From a bacterium (lineage in GTDB: Bacteria > JAJRZV01): a stretch of 51,192 nucleotides of DNA. The position numbers were made by a program, and so were the translations under genes. The notes under the pieces are model-generated. The model was not told where the DNA came from, did no database searches, and saw only the letters and a list, made by a program, of their open reading frames with translations. The stretch covers positions 1 to 51,192 of the forward strand of contig JAJRZV010000024.1 in the NCBI GenBank assembly GCA_024275095.1, in the 5' to 3' direction. Positions 8,701 to 17,554 of the stretch are shown in pieces. How positions within the stretch are numbered: position 1 is the stretch's first letter; the number at the start of each line of letters is the position of its first letter.

Positions 8701-9072
8701 AAGCTCCGCAAGGCGAAGAATAATATCAGGAGCTGATCGAGAATGTGGATACTTCTTTAAAAACGTTTCAAGTGTTTTTATAAGCTGATTGCGTTCCTCT
8801 TCTTCTTTTGCCGTTAATTGAGATAATATTCCCTGAAAGCGGCTCTCTATTTCACCTTTCTTTTGATATTTAAGGTCCTCGAGAAGTTTTGACGCCTCTT
8901 TCGCCTCCTTTTTCAGGTCCTCAACTGCAATTTCAGCGATCAAGCGTGACTTGATTTTCTCGGCGTAATACTGTTCTGGACTTAACTTATCTACCCCGGC
9001 CCAGCAAAAACCTGATTTGCCTGCGGACCAGATAATCAACAATGCAGTAACAATCACACGAACATCTCTCAT
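5794..9072 (-). CDS. Large periplasmic TPR protein (GltD/AgmU-like)
   Basis: 1092 aa with signal peptide, many TPRs (LRLAELYYE, ALYKLAWSYY), and C-terminal APVPPGLTPEEEDIYRQELEAQAFPIEDKA. Confidence 0.85.
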   Translation of the reverse strand: MRDVRVIVTALLIIWSAGKSGFCWAGVDKLSPEQYYAEKIKSRLIAEIAVEDLKKEAKEASKLLEDLKYQKKGEIESRFQGILSQLTAKEEEERNQLIKTLETFLKKYPHSRSAPDIILRLAELYYEKASIEYQRKVAQYQQKLERGELKENELPPFKDYSKSIDLYLKFLKLYPEHRDADIVLYLLGYCWYEMQVPEEALKYFKQIADERFMSRLYDEAAFRAGEIYFNENDLENAVAYYSLIEAHPQSPFYDKALYKLAWSYYKMEDYDNAVRYFLKSIKYFETHKSETSLLQESKEYLAVSLAEKTSVEDAEKFLAERMGPKFAREIVLKISDIYHERGDVQKALEVLFYFLNRYAYSDLVPEVYRKISDYYSEQNQLEKMLEWKDKFIKTFLPDADWYSRAKIGKKKRASILKNVEETIIELAKYYHSEAEKRSDEKAEPFYEKALYYYNTLIKYFPRSYYISDAYFLKGEILFTQHYYLKASDSYKKAAEINIPGIENKYIQQAAYNAIYSLDSIFQERSDMSKKEIKQLIKIYASYAKWYMDLFPFDPRTPAIIYRAGYLLMKHGDPRDAISLFRIIVDNYFNTTLTDDAVKNIIKIYVDLSDYDNLYKTGFEFLARPEILTPEIKEYITGIVGGSLFKAAMKRMEEAKYDEAISLFKRVIARFAGTDLSEKALFNIAVSYEGKGDYSEAINVLEEFAEKYPKSELTVKVLFKLASLYDRVFDFESALKYYTQVYQRFPRAKESKYSLYNAAKINHDLGHYSQAVMFYREYIKRFPKDEKVREFLLSMAECFEKMDSKKEALDIYFGYIKRFPTDYVNVIKAQLWIANYFKTQNEWKKAKKYYTEVLKTFTKLSSDDKKRYAEIAAAAHFNILYRMYEEYDAIKLKLPMKRMKRLLEKKAEMLKKLTEELVNIPQYGDAYWAEGALYLIARAYKDFAEALYDAPVPPGLTPEEEDIYRQELEAQAFPIEDKATEAVKRAIEYAEKLGIENEWVYKSRLLLQELQPGYEMKRADEKMAFAIDDFFYVYGDTTPEKTTFSRLRVAVKEKSRVSQFLLSGKLDRFFHKSPLQTLEKFRKDFYIMRPVIK

Positions 9073-11120
9073 TTGGCAGCCTCAACAGTCTTAACAAGTG
9101 TGTCCGATACTTCGACAAGATGCTGAAGAATTTCTGTTAAATTTTCTCCCTTTGTATCAATTGTTGTTGCAGTCTTTTCTATCTTTTTAATTGCTTTATT
9201 GACTTTTACTTCTTCTTCATGTTGCTTTTGTTCTATGCGTTCATATAACTTTCCTATTTTTTCGGAAAGTTGATTTTTCTTAGCCCACGAGACATCAGTA
9301 TAAGCAAGCTCCACGCGAGCAAGCTCGTTAATAATTTCGTTTCTCAACTCGCCAAGAGCGAGATAGTGAAAATATTTTTCGTCCTTTTTCAATTTCTCCA
9401 GCGCCGCCTGCGCATAAAGTCGAAGAGTTTTGACCCGGTTTTTAAGTTTTTCCGTCTTGAGAATTACAGAGGTGTTAAATACTTTCCACAGGTCAAGAAT
9501 CTCTCTTTTTATTTCGTCTATTTCGCTTAACATGCGGTCAATTTTCTTAATTCTTGGATCGGTTTTTATGTTATATTTGATAGAATATAAAGAAAGAATG
9601 TAATCCAGCCTGTTCATTGATTCATCCAATAAAGTACCAAGTTGCTGATATGTCTTTACAGCTTTATGAGCTATAGCAGCATAAATATTGTATTTGTTTA
9701 TAATTCTCGGATTTTCTCCCTGACGAAGCTGGTTTTCTAATTCTGAAATATGATCATAAATTTTCTTTATAAGCACTCTAAGTCTTCTGTCTATTGCCAG
9801 TAATTCTCTTCGATAATTTCTTAATCGTTCATAAATATTTCTCTCGGTATAGGTTGTCCTCTCCACGACAGGAGCGAGTTTCAATTCTAACAATCTTTCT
9901 CTGATAGAATCTGCATACCTGACCTTTTCCATAACATTCTTCTGAGCCATTGTATGTACCTTGTCCTCAAATGTAACGAGACTCGTAAAAAGCGCATCTA
10001 CTGAATAAAACATTTTCCTAATCTTTTGAAAAATCTCTTCGTACTCTCTAAGAGAAGGAGCATCGGACAAAATGTTTTCCAAGACTCTGGCCCTCTTGGG
10101 AAATGTACTGCGTATAATCTCAAACGAATAGGTATACTCCCATGTTCTCATTTTTTTTAAAGTCCGCGTAAGCAATTCGATATCCTGTTCATAACGTTCC
10201 AGCAAGCTCTTGAGATATAACCAGCCCTTAAGATACCCCTGCTGTTCTGAAATAATGTATCCTTTGAGAATATTGGCATCGAGCAAGGCGGCAGTATTTG
10301 ATGCTGTTCTTGAAATCGACTCTGTCATCTGCAAGGCTTCCTCTAAATTGCCCAGCTTGTATAGCATCCATGCACTCTCACTCCGCACAATATCTTTCAG
10401 TGAATCGGAAGTTACAGTAGCGTACACGGAAAGTGCTTCCGAAAACCTGCCCATATCGTTCAAGGCTCGAGCAATTTGAATAGAAGCAAGGTCTGCTATA
10501 TATTTGGATTTTGTAACTATTCGCGCCTGACTAAAATACTTTATAGCTTTATCGTAATCCTCCATTCCCGCATATGCAGCGCCGAGAACAAACAATACTT
10601 TACCGGTCTCCTCCCCTTCTTTTTTCAATTTTAAAAGAATTTTCACTGCCTCGTTAAAGCGGTTGTAAAGGACAAGTACTTTTGCTATTTCTATCAACAC
10701 ATCCAGTTCACCCCTTAGTGGTACCTTTACCTTTTTGTAAACTTTTAAACTTTCGTCATAGCGACCTTCCTTTGCAAAAATCGCGGAGAGTCTCATAAGT
10801 ATCCTGTCCCTGAGTGCCTGCTTCTTCGTAAATTTCAAAGCCCTTTTGAGAATCTTTTCGGCTTTCATGGAAATGCCGCTCAGGTCGTAAATCCAAGCCA
10901 TATAATATAAGCCACGAGCGTAATCCGGGCTCTTCTGGAAAACAGGGTCACTGTTCAACTTTTTGAGATACGGATAAAACCGCAGGTAATCACCTCGTTG
11001 GATGTGCGTCTCGATAGCGGACAAAAAACGGGTGTCCTTCCGAGAAGCCGCAATGCCTTTTTCACCCATTACAAGTACGGCTGCAATTAAAATAAAAACT
11101 TTCAGCCGTTGAAACGACAT
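9069..11120 (-). CDS. TPR + coiled-coil exported protein (possibly GltC-like)
   Basis: Signal peptide, TPRs in the N-terminal half, helical/coiled-coil C-terminal half; 4-nt overlap with the next gene. Confidence 0.75.
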   Translation of the reverse strand: MSFQRLKVFILIAAVLVMGEKGIAASRKDTRFLSAIETHIQRGDYLRFYPYLKKLNSDPVFQKSPDYARGLYYMAWIYDLSGISMKAEKILKRALKFTKKQALRDRILMRLSAIFAKEGRYDESLKVYKKVKVPLRGELDVLIEIAKVLVLYNRFNEAVKILLKLKKEGEETGKVLFVLGAAYAGMEDYDKAIKYFSQARIVTKSKYIADLASIQIARALNDMGRFSEALSVYATVTSDSLKDIVRSESAWMLYKLGNLEEALQMTESISRTASNTAALLDANILKGYIISEQQGYLKGWLYLKSLLERYEQDIELLTRTLKKMRTWEYTYSFEIIRSTFPKRARVLENILSDAPSLREYEEIFQKIRKMFYSVDALFTSLVTFEDKVHTMAQKNVMEKVRYADSIRERLLELKLAPVVERTTYTERNIYERLRNYRRELLAIDRRLRVLIKKIYDHISELENQLRQGENPRIINKYNIYAAIAHKAVKTYQQLGTLLDESMNRLDYILSLYSIKYNIKTDPRIKKIDRMLSEIDEIKREILDLWKVFNTSVILKTEKLKNRVKTLRLYAQAALEKLKKDEKYFHYLALGELRNEIINELARVELAYTDVSWAKKNQLSEKIGKLYERIEQKQHEEEVKVNKAIKKIEKTATTIDTKGENLTEILQHLVEVSDTLVKTVEAAK

Positions 11121-11123
11121 TGA

Positions 11124-11708
11124 CTATCGAACAGAAGGTAACGTTTTTTTTCGCTTTACCTGAAAGAGAATCACAGGATTGTCTTTTTGAAGTTGAAAAA
11201 TAATGTCCACATCACTTGTAAGACCCTTCTCCACCGATACAACCCTGTCACCATTAACGGTAACGTTTTTTTTCCTTCTGAATATCCCCTTCTTTCCGGT
11301 GACTTCAGCGATCACTTCTATCCGGAAATTCCCGGGAGCCACACTCTCGAGATAAATGTTCTTACCAACTGCGGGACTCTGGGATGAGTATACCTGATAC
11401 CCGTTGACAAAAACGTTGAGGGAACGGATCTTATACCCTTCAGGCATCTCACTCTTCACGTTAAGACTTAACATCGTTCCACTTTCTGTCCCCTTTTCAA
11501 ACATTTCATTGAGTAAAAGCAGCTGGCTTTTCATTTCGAGAATTTTCTCTTTAAGGTTTTCAATTTCCTTCTGAATCTTGTTCAACTCTTCGCGTATGGG
11601 ATCGGCCTTTGCACGACGCTGTGCCGAGTAAACCGGCATTGAAATACCACACACCAGTACAACCAGTAGCACATGCTTCATATTCATAGTCTGTTTTTGG
11701 GGCTTCAT
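11124..11708 (-). CDS. Exported coiled-coil + beta-sandwich protein, first gene of the operon
   Basis: Signal peptide, heptad region (LNKIQKEIENLKEKILEMKSQLLLL), beta-rich C-terminal domain; GGAGAGG RBS. Confidence 0.8.
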   Translation of the reverse strand: MKPQKQTMNMKHVLLVVLVCGISMPVYSAQRRAKADPIREELNKIQKEIENLKEKILEMKSQLLLLNEMFEKGTESGTMLSLNVKSEMPEGYKIRSLNVFVNGYQVYSSQSPAVGKNIYLESVAPGNFRIEVIAEVTGKKGIFRRKKNVTVNGDRVVSVEKGLTSDVDIIFQLQKDNPVILFQVKRKKTLPSVR

Positions 11709-11737
11709 TTCCCTCTCCTTGCCGAGATTTAAAATAA

Positions 11738-11764
11738 TTTATAGCATGGTAAGTCCTCAGTCAA
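11738..11764 (-). promoter_or_regulatory. Candidate sigma70 promoter of the Agl-Glt-like operon
   Basis: Minus strand extended -10 TGcTATAAA (11746-11738) and TTGACT at 11764-11759 (short 15-nt spacing); a second TTGACT at 11779-11774. Confidence 0.45.
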
Positions 11765-11828
11765 CGTTAATTAAGTCAAGATACTTTAACCTGTTGTATT
11801 GATTGTAGATTTTGCATTTCCACCCGCA

Positions 11829-12893
11829 TTATCCGCCAGGAGAGAGCATGGAGTTAAGATTTTTGAGTGTTTGGGTGGTTTCGCGAACCCATCGGTTTTC
11901 AATTCCGAACCTTGCGTAAAGTTCAAGATTCTTCTGATAGGCAAGTGCAGCCTTGTGGAGAAGAGGTGATATTTCCTTTTTCAACTCTTCAAGATACACT
12001 TCCTTCTCCTCCTGCGAAAGCCCTTCCGGCAGAGGACTGTTTAACATCAACGTGTACATTTCCCTGTACATGGTTCCGAGTTTATAAAGGGCGCGAGTGG
12101 CGATATTGTACCCTCCGGCAAATGATTTGAGATAATACTTTTGAGCCAGCAAAATCAGCTTGGCAAGATTTTCAAGTGACTCATGAGAAAGGGAGATTGG
12201 AAAAGTAGCGTTTTTTGAGAAATCTAAAAAATAACTTTCTCCTATTAAATGATAGGTCAGTCCTCGATAGTAATCAGCATCTGCGACCCTTTGCGTGTGT
12301 AAAAATCGAAGTACCTTCTGTAATTTCATTCTCGCTTCAACGGTGTGGCCTCTTACAAGTGCTATGCGCGATAGGTTGAGCTGATGCTGTACAAACAATG
12401 AGGGTTCGAGACGTGCCTCATCAACAGGCTCAAGAATCTTCTCTGCTTCCCTCCATTGTCTCTGTTCAAGATATGCAGAAGCAAAAAGTTCACGTGCATC
12501 TTCGCATATATCCGGGAAGCATAAATCCACAAGGTCTCTAAGGATTAAAATTGCATCATTGATACGGTCAAGATTAATGTAGCAGAGGGCCAGGTTGTAC
12601 ATTGCTGTTCTAATAAGTGGGAAATTGGTGGAAACACTTATAATGTCAGTGTAAAGTCTGGCGGCTTTTGAGAACTCATTGCGACTGTAGAGGATGTTTG
12701 CCTTTTCAAACAGGCTTTTTTCTGAATACTCCCGAAGCAGTTCACCATGATAAGCGAGAAATGTAGGTTTCAGCAAAAACACCTTTCGAGAAGGTGGTCG
12801 AACACCCGCACATGATGATAAATTGAGTTCGAGAAAAATGACGATGAGTACAAAGTAAATAAAGGAGGTGATGGAAATGGGCTTACCAGGCAT
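11829..12893 (-). CDS. TPR lipoprotein with a GltD-like C-terminal module
   Basis: Start placed at ATG 12893 rather than 13004. Hydrophobic stretch plus lipobox LSSC, TPRs, and C-terminal [26 protein letters not shown]...GIENRWV. Confidence 0.78.
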   Translation of the reverse strand: MPGKPISITSFIYFVLIVIFLELNLSSCAGVRPPSRKVFLLKPTFLAYHGELLREYSEKSLFEKANILYSRNEFSKAARLYTDIISVSTNFPLIRTAMYNLALCYINLDRINDAILILRDLVDLCFPDICEDARELFASAYLEQRQWREAEKILEPVDEARLEPSLFVQHQLNLSRIALVRGHTVEARMKLQKVLRFLHTQRVADADYYRGLTYHLIGESYFLDFSKNATFPISLSHESLENLAKLILLAQKYYLKSFAGGYNIATRALYKLGTMYREMYTLMLNSPLPEGLSQEEKEVYLEELKKEISPLLHKAALAYQKNLELYARFGIENRWVRETTQTLKNLNSMLSPGG

Positions 12894-13110
12894 ATGGGAA
12901 CTCCTCCTCATTCTGATTATTGTTCTTATTCTATTCGGTTCCAAGCGTTTGCCGGAACTGGGGGCAGGAATAGGTCGTGGAGTGAAAGCCTTCCGTAAAG
13001 CCATTCAGAGCAAAGACGAGCTTGACGTCACTCCACCTCAAAATGAGCAAAAGGTCACTTCTCACAACTCTCAATCCTCCAAATCTGAAAAAGAAGAAAC
13101 GACACATTGA
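12871..13110 (+). CDS. tatA: Twin-arginine translocase subunit TatA/E
   Basis: [38 protein letters not shown]; strong AAGGAGG RBS at about 12862; start is ATG 12871 or 12877. Confidence 0.95.
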   Translation: MEMGLPGIWELLLILIIVLILFGSKRLPELGAGIGRGVKAFRKAIQSKDELDVTPPQNEQKVTSHNSQSSKSEKEETTH

Positions 13111-13130
13111 AAATATTAGCTTTGATTTAT

Positions 13131-13883
13131 TCAAAGTGCCCGTCGTTTTTTAAGGATTTCAACCGCTGCTTTTTTAACCTCCTCATGCACATCGGACATT
13201 TCAGCAAGTTCCTTTAAATCCTGTTGAAGTAAAAAGTTGAGAATCGCAATAGCGATGTTGGTGGGGGTATAGGGATTAAAGGCCAGTGCCTTCTTCACCC
13301 TGTACCGTGAAAACCACTTTTCATTCTTAAAAATTTTCTCGAGAACCTTGGGGTTCGACGGTCGCCGTGAGGCAACCTTAAGAACAACCCGTTCGGTAGT
13401 TCGAGGATTTTTTAACAGGTTTTCAATTACCTCTGGAGAAAGGTCGTGTGCAAACTTATCGAGCTGATAAAATCCCCCGGTACGAGCTTTATACTTTTTT
13501 TCACCCAGTGTCATATACTCAAGCTCGGGAATAAAAGGATTATCACCATCACTGGCGGGAACTTCCTTGTTTTTATACCGCCTGAAAAGTCGCTCAACAT
13601 TGGTATATTCATTTTCAAGTGCGTAACTGTATATGGCGGCAATTCTATGATGTCCCATGTGCTGCACCAGCGACTCAACATCCATAAAACATGCGAGAAT
13701 GCGCTGAGAAGGTGTATCACCCCGGGAAGCTTTCGAAATAATGATATCCATTACAATGACCACTTCTTCCGCTGTTCTTTCAGAAAAGGCCTCGGCGATT
13801 TTGAGTGTCAGAGCCTCCCGAGAAGAAAAAATATCTGCCAAGCGCAAAAGTGACTTTGCAAGTGCTTGTGTATCCTTCATCAA
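13131..13883 (-). CDS. Hypothetical helical-repeat protein
   Basis: 250 aa ORF with repeated LLxNP/LAFNP motifs (LLKNPRTTE, ALAFNPYTP); 4-nt overlap with the upstream gene. Confidence 0.75.
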   Translation of the reverse strand: MMKDTQALAKSLLRLADIFSSREALTLKIAEAFSERTAEEVVIVMDIIISKASRGDTPSQRILACFMDVESLVQHMGHHRIAAIYSYALENEYTNVERLFRRYKNKEVPASDGDNPFIPELEYMTLGEKKYKARTGGFYQLDKFAHDLSPEVIENLLKNPRTTERVVLKVASRRPSNPKVLEKIFKNEKWFSRYRVKKALAFNPYTPTNIAIAILNFLLQQDLKELAEMSDVHEEVKKAAVEILKKRRAL

Positions 13884-15376
13884 AAAGACCGCGAAAATCG
13901 GAACTTAAAATTACTTTCAGAATCAATATTGAAAAATACGGCGTATATATCTCGTTGAGAACCTGTGTCGGTAGCAGGTTGAGAAAGCCGCGCTTCAATT
14001 TCAAAGGGTGTAAGGTGCACGAGTTCTTCAGGTGTCAATTTGTTTCCTGGATAAACCAGATGCGACTCGACGAGTCGGCCTCTTTCATCAACCGCCTCAA
14101 CCTTCACGGGAACGGGTTGCCTTAACGGCTTTCTCAATTGTGCCTTTACAAGAATCATATGTTTCTGAGACGCACCAGAGAAAATTTTAAAAAACTTTAC
14201 TTCTGCAATTTCGATCATTGCTTCCGTACGTTGAGGTCCTACCAGGACATTTACAAATGCACGGGTAAAATCAGCTCCTGAACGCCACGCTCCTACACCC
14301 AGTAAAACGAATATTGCAATCACAAGTGCGGAGGTGAAGACATACACTCCGCGCCTTCTTTCACGTAACATAGCAGCTTTCTGTCGCCGTCTTTCTATAA
14401 GTGAAATTTCAGCAACCCGTTTTTTGACTGTGTCAGATTCTTTTATGTCAAGAACAGTTGCTTCTTCTGCAGCAGTTTCAGATGATGCATCTCCTACTTC
14501 CATCAGTGTTGAAGTGGTTATATCCTGAAGAGACTGGACATTAAGTACGTTCAAATCAATCGACGGCGAGGAGGTGGTCTCTACTTCGAACGTGGAGTCC
14601 GTAACTTCACCCCCACCTGAAGTTTCGTCAGTGCTGAGGGGGATACTTTCACCGTCAGGTCCTTCTATTCCAGATCCCAGATCAAAGTCTGATGTAATCA
14701 ACTCCTTTTCTTTTTCAGGACTTTCGGGCATTTCTCCTGATGCTTCTGGTACAGAGGTGTCAAAGTCTTCCGTGGATAAAAATCCTGAATCTTCTACGTT
14801 GCTCTCTTCAGGCGAAATAATATCTTCTATAGAAGGAACGTCTGCACTCAGTGTATCCGACTCGGAAGAAACCTCATCACCCCCGGCATCAAGAGAAAAG
14901 TCTGAAGAAATCATATCTTCAGCGGGAACATCCTCTCCAGAGGAGGTTGATTCAGGTTCCACTTCCTCACCCAGGGATGCATCTTCAACGGCAAAAGACT
15001 CAAAACCGGTCAGGTCAAATTGATCTTCTGAAGTTTCGGTAGTTCCTGCCGTAGAAGGTTCAGGTGTGGCACGATCTTCCTGGCCAAATGAAAAATCAAA
15101 AGATGACTCTTGTTCCTCCTGTGAAGCGCTGTCAAGATTCAAATTACTGAGGATTTCGTCTATCTGTTTGGAAAGATCCTCTTCTCCGGGTGCTTTCTGT
15201 TGTGACTGGGGAGGGGTGGGCTCCTTTGGTACAGGTTCTTTTGCAGGTTCATCACCGGGACGATACACCCGGAAGGAATGTTTACATTTAGAGCACCTGA
15301 CTTTTACTCCTCCTGGGGGGACCTTTTCATCACTGAGTTTAAACTTTGCGTTACACTTTTCACACACAACAATCAT
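13880..15376 (-). CDS. Zinc-ribbon (MJ0042-type) membrane protein with long acidic linker, one TM helix and a C-terminal periplasmic domain
   Basis: MIVVCEKCNAKFKL...VKVRCSKCKHSF, a long D/E/S-rich region, a basic patch, then TM VYVFTSALVIAIFVLLGVGAW. Confidence 0.88.
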   Translation of the reverse strand: MIVVCEKCNAKFKLSDEKVPPGGVKVRCSKCKHSFRVYRPGDEPAKEPVPKEPTPPQSQQKAPGEEDLSKQIDEILSNLNLDSASQEEQESSFDFSFGQEDRATPEPSTAGTTETSEDQFDLTGFESFAVEDASLGEEVEPESTSSGEDVPAEDMISSDFSLDAGGDEVSSESDTLSADVPSIEDIISPEESNVEDSGFLSTEDFDTSVPEASGEMPESPEKEKELITSDFDLGSGIEGPDGESIPLSTDETSGGGEVTDSTFEVETTSSPSIDLNVLNVQSLQDITTSTLMEVGDASSETAAEEATVLDIKESDTVKKRVAEISLIERRRQKAAMLRERRRGVYVFTSALVIAIFVLLGVGAWRSGADFTRAFVNVLVGPQRTEAMIEIAEVKFFKIFSGASQKHMILVKAQLRKPLRQPVPVKVEAVDERGRLVESHLVYPGNKLTPEELVHLTPFEIEARLSQPATDTGSQRDIYAVFFNIDSESNFKFRFSRSF

Positions 15377-15489
15377 TCAATTCACCCCTTCGGGGAGATA
15401 CCTTGCCTCCGTTCTTCCTGTGTAAAAATATTATCAGCACACGTGGGGATTCTCAATAAGAGCTTCGTGGGCGGTTAAATTTTTAAGCC

Positions 15490-16227
15490 TTAAGCTTTTA
15501 TCAGCACGTTCCTCAAGACACCAGCGCTTCTAATCCCTTCACTTTCTAAAACACCTGCCACGTGGTTTATGAAAACACTTACATAGTCATCCGAAAGCAG
15601 TGAAAGCCATACTGAAATATCAGGAACATCGCTTGTAACTGGCTGAACAACCAGCCGCAAAAAACCACTTGTCTTGCCACACCTGCTGCACAAAACAACG
15701 TCGGGGAAACGGATAAACACATCTCCGCTTTTTTCAAGGGTGTTGGCTTTGCACCTGCTGCACCGGTACGGAGGATGCAGCAATCCTTCTTCACAAAAGA
15801 TACGCAGAACGAACTCGAGTAAAAACCGTCTCCATTGGTGAACTTGCAGGCCGGATAATTCAGCAAGTGTATCTTTTGTAAGGTTGAAAAGGTTCACGTC
15901 AGGTAACCCGGGACGTGAAAACCAGAGTGATAGTTCGCATATAAAATGCAGAAGAAAAAGCTTTAAAAAATCGAGTGGAAACTCTGTACGCTGCAGCACA
16001 TTGACTTCGTCAAGATGGTAATACGTAAGCGCCCGACGAAACGAATAATCAATTTCACAAAGATTACCCATTTCAAACACGTTAAAGAACCGCCGCAAAC
16101 TTTTATAACCCTTACGTGCTCTGCAAGAGATAAGACCGTGATTATCAGTTAAGAAGTAAAGAATAGCATCGGCATTATGCATCACATTTTTTCTCAGAAG
16201 AATCCCTTTGGATTTAAAGAAAATCAA
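15490..16227 (-). CDS. recO: DNA repair protein RecO (zinc-finger type)
   Basis: N-terminal GILLRK...ADAILYFLT...G.I...ARKG.KS.RRF; two CSRC zinc-ligand pairs; TTG start. Confidence 0.82.
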   Translation of the reverse strand: MIFFKSKGILLRKNVMHNADAILYFLTDNHGLISCRARKGYKSLRRFFNVFEMGNLCEIDYSFRRALTYYHLDEVNVLQRTEFPLDFLKLFLLHFICELSLWFSRPGLPDVNLFNLTKDTLAELSGLQVHQWRRFLLEFVLRIFCEEGLLHPPYRCSRCKANTLEKSGDVFIRFPDVVLCSRCGKTSGFLRLVVQPVTSDVPDISVWLSLLSDDYVSVFINHVAGVLESEGIRSAGVLRNVLIKA

Positions 16228-16241
16228 AACGTGCGGTTTAC

Positions 16242-16796
16242 TTAAACTTCCATAATTTCTCTTTCCTTCTCCTCAAGCAGTTCTTCAAGCTTGCCCAGGT
16301 ATTCATCTGTTAATTGCTGTATTTCCTTGAGGCCGCGGTGCATGTCATCCTCTGAAATTTCACCACCTTTTTGCTTTTCCTGGAGTGTTTCTTTTGCATC
16401 TATCCTGATGTTTCGTATAGATTGCTTGTACTCTTCGGCAATTTTTTTCACATGGCGCACAAGTTCACGACGTGTCTCTTCAGTAAGTTTGGGAATGGCA
16501 ATGCGAAGCACATTACCATCGTTATTGGGGTTAAGTCCAAGTTCTGACTGAAGAATAGCCTTTTCAATATTTTTTAAAAGGTTTTTATCAAACGGCTGGA
16601 CCACCAACAGATCAGGCTGGGGAGCAGTTATGGTGGCCACGTGGTTAATGGGCATTTTCGCGCCATACGCTTCTACTTTTATACCTTCAAGCAATCCCGG
16701 GCTGGCTCTTCCGGTACGAACACGGGCCAGTTCGTGTTTGAACGCTTCAACAGTTCTGTTCATGCGTTCTTTCGCTTCTTTTTTAACTTCCTTCAT
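16242..16796 (-). CDS. frr: Ribosome recycling factor
   Basis: RTGRASP, LGLNPNNDG, PKLTEETRRELV; ATG at 16796 after GGAGG. Confidence 0.98.
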   Translation of the reverse strand: MKEVKKEAKERMNRTVEAFKHELARVRTGRASPGLLEGIKVEAYGAKMPINHVATITAPQPDLLVVQPFDKNLLKNIEKAILQSELGLNPNNDGNVLRIAIPKLTEETRRELVRHVKKIAEEYKQSIRNIRIDAKETLQEKQKGGEISEDDMHRGLKEIQQLTDEYLGKLEELLEEKEREIMEV

Positions 16797-16798
16797 AT

Positions 16799-17554
16799 TC
16801 AACCTCCCCTGATACTCGTACCAATTTTTTCACCGAGAAGGATTTTTTTCATGTTGCCTCGTTCTCTGATGTTGAATACAAATACGGGAATTTTTAAATC
16901 CCTCAGCATTGATATAGCAGTAGGATCCATCACCTTCAGGTTCCGTGTAAGCACTTCTTGAAAAGAAATTTCTTCAAATTTCGTGGCCTCAGGATAAACC
17001 TCGGGATCTTTATCATATACTCCGTCCACTTTTGTCGCTTTAAGTATTGCATCGGCATGTATTTCAGCCGCTCGAAGAGAAGCAGCGGTATCAGTGGTAA
17101 AAAAAGGATTGCCTGTACCGCATGCAAAAATTACAACCCGTCCCTTTTCAAGATGCCGAATAGCCCTGCGCCGGATATACGGCTCAGCCACCGCTTTCAT
17201 CTCGATGGCGGTGAGAACACGCGTGGGTATTTTCATTTTTTCGAGTGCATCCTGAAGTGCAAGAGCATTAATCACTGTGGCCAGCATTCCCATATAATCT
17301 CCAGTGGCTCTGTCAATTCCTTCGGACTCTACAGACCTCCCCCTGAAAATGTTACCACCTCCGATAACCACCGCCATCTCCACACCAAGAGCGTGAACCT
17401 CCGCTATTTCCGCAGCAATTTCCTTGAGAAGCTGAAAGGAGATGCCTGACCTGCCTTCTTCTGTTAAAGACTCGCCGCTGAGCTTGATAATTACACGCCT
17501 GTATAAGGAAGTTTTCCCCGACAACCCTGCATGTACATCTTTGTTATGATTCAT
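16799..17554 (-). CDS. pyrH: UMP kinase
   Basis: [33 protein letters not shown]; start placed at ATG 17554. Confidence 0.98.
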   Translation of the reverse strand: MNHNKDVHAGLSGKTSLYRRVIIKLSGESLTEEGRSGISFQLLKEIAAEIAEVHALGVEMAVVIGGGNIFRGRSVESEGIDRATGDYMGMLATVINALALQDALEKMKIPTRVLTAIEMKAVAEPYIRRRAIRHLEKGRVVIFACGTGNPFFTTDTAASLRAAEIHADAILKATKVDGVYDKDPEVYPEATKFEEISFQEVLTRNLKVMDPTAISMLRDLKIPVFVFNIRERGNMKKILLGEKIGTSIRGG

